Positions 22,250 through 25,982 of a DNA stretch of 25,982 nucleotides are shown here, piece by piece; positions within the stretch are counted from its first letter, which is position 1, and each line of letters starts with the position of its first letter. The stretch lies in assembly GCF_006345805.1 (NCBI RefSeq), contig NW_021835664.1, positions 1-25,982 on the forward strand, in the 5' to 3' direction. This stretch comes from Octopus sinensis. Lineage: Eukaryota. The position numbers and the translations under genes were made by a program. The notes under the pieces are model-generated. The model worked only from the letters and a program-made list of their open reading frames with translations. It was not told the origin of the DNA and made no database searches.

Positions 22250-23150
22250 CAAGAAAAACATTGACCTCCAACAGTGAAAGCATATGATCCATCCATTCCT
22301 CTGCTCAATATTCTTGAAAGGGCTGTGGGGAAAGAGTCCTCAGGCACCTCCTCCATAGGGTGCTATCAGAAGCATCCATCATTAGACATTCTGCTTGTAT
22401 TCTATGATGTGAAGAACTAAGACTATGGATATCATCCAACCATTTCTTTCTTGGCCTCCCCTCGGTATCTGTTTCCATTGGTTTGACTTTGAGAACCTGT
22501 CCTGTAATTCATTGCTGCAACCCCTGATCACATGTCCGAGGTACCACAGATGTGGAGGAGACGTGGCTCAACCTGGAGAGACTCCCAGATCTCTGAACTG
22601 TAAATCCTATTGAGTAACATTACTCCAAAGACCCTTTAGAAGAACCCCATACATCTGTCATATTCTGTTAGATTTCAGAACTGGTATTCAAAGGGTCATG
22701 AAAGTACTGTCCCTCTGTGTCATCTACTACCTTGCAAAGTTCCCAAGAGGACACTGGAAATCGAATGATCAGTGATTGTCCAACAGTCGATAATTCTAAG
22801 TCAAACTCAATCCCATTTCAAACTTCTCCAATGAACTCCAGGTTCGATCAATTCTACAGAGCCTATTCAGTTATTATTATGTCAGTCTCAATGAGAGATG
22901 CCCCCTGCAGTTCGGCTTGACTTGTGAATGTTCATTTTCTGGTAAATTCCCTTAAAGGAATTCTCTGTTTTCGCCTGAGGAGAATGATAGGATTTCGCTG
23001 TGTCACCTTTATTAAATCTCTTTTATTGAAGCATTTACAGACATATGTCATGGGTAAAGTCATTGCAAATGGCAAAATAAATTGGAATTATCAGCTTCCA
23101 ACACAATAACCCAATAAATAATCTGTTTGAAGAAAGATGCTTTGTTTTAG
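22250..23150 (-). mobile_element. Highly decayed RTE-clade LINE 3' portion (intronic)
   Basis: Minus-strand LWYLGHVIR, GRPRKKWLDDI and DSTLWRRCL. The left end is well supported; the right boundary is approximate. Confidence 0.7.
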
Positions 23151-23228
23151 ATGTTAACTTTGGTACTTGTCCTTCATTACAATAACCTAACAGTGAACCT
23201 AAAGAAAATGTGAAACAAATTCACTCAC

Positions 23229-23390
23229 CTGTTTACCCTTAAACAATATATTTTAGTTCCCTCTTCCAAAAGATAATATTAAACGCCATTTGTGTTTTCT
23301 AGTTTATCCATTATGACCAACCATGCTAACCTCAGTGGATATTTTATGAAATATCAGGAATATCGTAAATAAAATTGTCATACAGGTAAC
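23229..23390 (-). pseudogene. 162-bp exon-like module, copy 1 (in-frame stops)
   Basis: Acceptor gatAG, strong donor AG/GTGAGT, length divisible by 3, paralogous to 25789-25950. Confidence 0.45.
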
Positions 23391-23489
23391 CTATCAATTG
23401 GAAATGATGAATGTAACTTGTTCTCATTCATTCTGACAAATAAAATAGATGAGGTGAAAGTAAAATATATAGAAATCAAATATACTCAC

Positions 23490-23561
23490 CTATTTGCCAC
23501 CAATCACGTCCTAACCTCTTAGCCACTCTCAGAAGATCCCTCTCCTTCAGAACTGGACTCT
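23490..23561 (-). CDS. 72-bp coding exon, death-domain-like N-terminal half
   Basis: Acceptor tatttcAG, donor AG/GTGAGT, phase 1-1, open frame SPVLKERDLLRVAKRLGRDWWQI (death-domain helix 1-2 pattern L..A..LG.DW). Splices in frame to 21955. Confidence 0.75.
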
Positions 23562-23799
23562 CTGAAATAAATATTTCCAGCTTTTATAATTTATTGTAAA
23601 ACTTATTTATCTCTATAAATATTCTGTAGTTTATTGTTGTGGGACATTGTTATCATCAGTGGTTGGCTGGTGACCACTAGGGTTTTGCTCAGTATTTTTA
23701 TACTTTCCATTGTGGGACCAGGTAATAATAGTCAATATTTAGGCCCGCAACAAAATAGACTAACTTTCCGAAACCTTGTTTCTCTTTAACAGAGACATC

Positions 23800-25310
23800 C
23801 TACATAATCTAACAACGTTGCAATTATTTCATTCAATTATCATTTCATAGTTCTCTCTCTCCTTTCATATATCTGTACCAAATCTATGACATGTGACTGT
23901 CCTCTGAACTCTACACTTCACTAAGCACCATTCTCCTCATCTTCTGCTAAAGTCCAATATCATCCAATGTGGTCTCCAAAGATCTCGTCAGAATTGCATG
24001 ACACACCACTTCAAGTAAAATAAACGTAATACCTGTTCTCTTTGCTGTTGGAAATCTTGAATTTTATCATCCCACATCCCAGTTCACCTGGTCATTATCT
24101 GGTGCAGGGAATATTTTAAGACTCCTTAATACAGGTGAGCAATGATCAGTTCTCCAAAGATGAAACAAAAAGTGATATCAGGTGTCCTAAAACAATGTAC
24201 ACTTGCACAAAACCCCATTCACTACATACAACTGGACATCTACACATTATTGCAGTGAAGACATCTGAAATGGTACAAAAGGACTGATACTCAAAAATAT
24301 ATAAGAAAGATGGGAATACAAAGTGCGAGCTCCAAATCTTTTATTTTCCAGAATGTTTGGCATATTTGTTTCTTTTAACCATCTTCGTTCTGTGACTTGA
24401 TCTCAATGCCTTTACTCTTATTGCAAAATTAGGTAGTGTACCATCGTCGTAATAGTTTTTCAAGTTTCCCTTTAAACTTCATCAGGGTTTCTCCTGCTAT
24501 TTTGACCTTCACTTGTTTCTGCTGACCTTTCACAAATGACGGGCTGCATTACTCATTTGCATTGAACCACATTCTTCACCAAGTTCCTCAGTCTACCCAG
24601 TTAATCCAGAACTATTTGCATATCCTTTTATTTGTTGTTACTATTGTTATGTAATCCATTAATGTCTTCTCGAGTGTTTTCCTTTGAGCCATTTCTTATC
24701 AATCTGCTGATTTAAGTAACATCTCCATAACAATCACAAACCAAATGACTGATTTTGTAGAAACTACAGCAATTCCCGCTTCAAAATGATACCAGTCTAT
24801 CGAGGAAGTTTTCCTCAAGAACTGCATATTGAAATTGTTATAGCAGCTCCTCATCAGGTCCTTAATCTTTTCTCATATATAAAACAGGTCCACTGCTTCC
24901 ATCAACAATTTGTTTGCTAGAGAACCATAAACCAGATCAAATCACACAACATTCAATCCCTTTTATTCTTCTTTCCGTCTTGTATCACATCCTAGATTTA
25001 AGACACATGTTCCACACAGCCAGGAATGCCAGAGGATTCCAGTCTTCGAGATACTTTTAGTCCCATATTCATTATTCTGTAGATTTACAGTTGATCTCTT
25101 TGTGAATACAACCTTATAAATCTCGCCATCAATATTCAAGGTTGAAATTAGTCTGAACTAATCAATCGGTATTTGATTGCTGGTTTCAATGGACATTTCA
25201 AACTGTCTATGAATGGGAATCATTGCTTTTGCTTTGGATCTCCTGCATATATCCATCCAGTTCATCTTTATTGTATTTTAGCTTTCTGTTCTCAGTATCT
25301 GCAAACAGAA
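23800..25310 (-). mobile_element. Decayed R2-group (HERO-like) non-LTR retrotransposon RT remnant (intronic)
   Basis: Minus-strand FRLISTLNIDGEIY (~25160-25115), GIPGCVEHV (~25030-25005), IQDGKKNKR...FDL.YGS, and LMDYITIV (~24660; FMDD-type catalytic motif). Many stops and frameshifts; boundaries approximate. Confidence 0.7.
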
Positions 25311-25788
25311 TTTCCTTGTAGAAGTTAAAGAGGAGCGTTTAATTTTGTTGACGACATGATCATTTTTTTTTCTAGGGCTTTTGGAGCAAAATTGTGCCCA
25401 AGGCCCTTTTTAAAGTGGTTGATGTTAGGAAGGCACATCACCATAGAAAAGCCGGAATGTGTTCCTCATCCAATCAAGGCGGACAGTATTTGTTAATAAG
25501 AACTGACATGGATAGGAATCATCCATCCAATCGATAGGAGCATAGACATCAGATGATAAATGATGAGGGTCATCAGTGTCTATCTTGGAGAGAGAGGGAG
25601 AGAGAGAACGGTTGTCTCAACATCAAACCTAATACTTTTACATGGATAAAGACAATGTTTAGGGGATGTAATGATAAATTTATTATCAGTGAAAAAAAAA
25701 GGCAGGGTGTTCACATACGGAACACATTTCATTGTAAATCTGTCACATTATGAGAGATATTTGCCTAAATAGCAACAACAGCAATAAC

Positions 25789-25950
25789 CTATCAGTAAAC
25801 TTAGTAACTACATATTTTAGTCCTCCGTTTCAAAATACAGTATTAATTCTATTGTCTTCTAAATTATCCATTTTCCGAACCATGCCAACCCCGTTGGATA
25901 TTTTGTGAAATTCCATTGATATCAAAATGTCTAATAGAATTATTATACAG
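25789..25950 (-). pseudogene. 162-bp exon-like module, copy 2 (stops and frameshift)
   Basis: Acceptor ttttAG, weak donor AG/GTTATT. Reads LYNNSIRHFDINGISQNIQRGWHG, then in a shifted frame MDNLEDNRINTVF*NGGLKYVV. Confidence 0.45.
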
Positions 25951-25982
25951 CTAAAATTTCAGATGTAAATTAGGAATGGATC

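Noticed and set aside
22425-23109. Short plus-strand ORFs as host exons
   Set aside because: Antisense to a decayed RTE remnant; no coherent splice pattern.
24445-24490. Minus-strand CTGATGA-AGTTT[aaaggg]AAACT-T-GAAA hammerhead-like string
   Set aside because: An extra base sits before GAAA, there is no stem I or III, and it lies within decayed RT coding sequence; likely chance.

Overview
AT-rich, repeat-saturated eukaryotic genomic DNA. The SINE, LINE and microsatellite content looks like an octopus (coleoid cephalopod) genome; this is my recognition, not a database result. Nearly all six-frame ORFs are microsatellite or antisense artefacts. Supported content: (i) a 5'-truncated L1/Tx1-clade LINE ORF2 (1-2170, minus) and a separate gag-like ORF1-only remnant (4228-5640, minus); (ii) many tRNA-derived SINE copies of two families, including a head-less 184-bp tandem array (12093-13128); (iii) RTE-clade LINE 3' ends and a decayed R2-group (HERO-like) RT; (iv) a cluster of Penelope-like, (TA)n-anchored elements with inverted architecture. 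One of these carries a minimal hammerhead ribozyme with an intact core (14127-14169). A 602-bp unit forms two independent fold-back structures that share the same two termini (15876-17692 and 19391-19624); (v) the last exons of a minus-strand host gene encoding a death-domain-like module (23561-23490 spliced to 21955-21768), plus two decayed paralogous 162-bp exon-like modules. The best candidate for an undescribed system is the (TA)n-targeted, ribozyme-associated, inversion-generating non-autonomous retroelement set at 13.0-19.6 kb. All alignments, counts and folds were done by eye.
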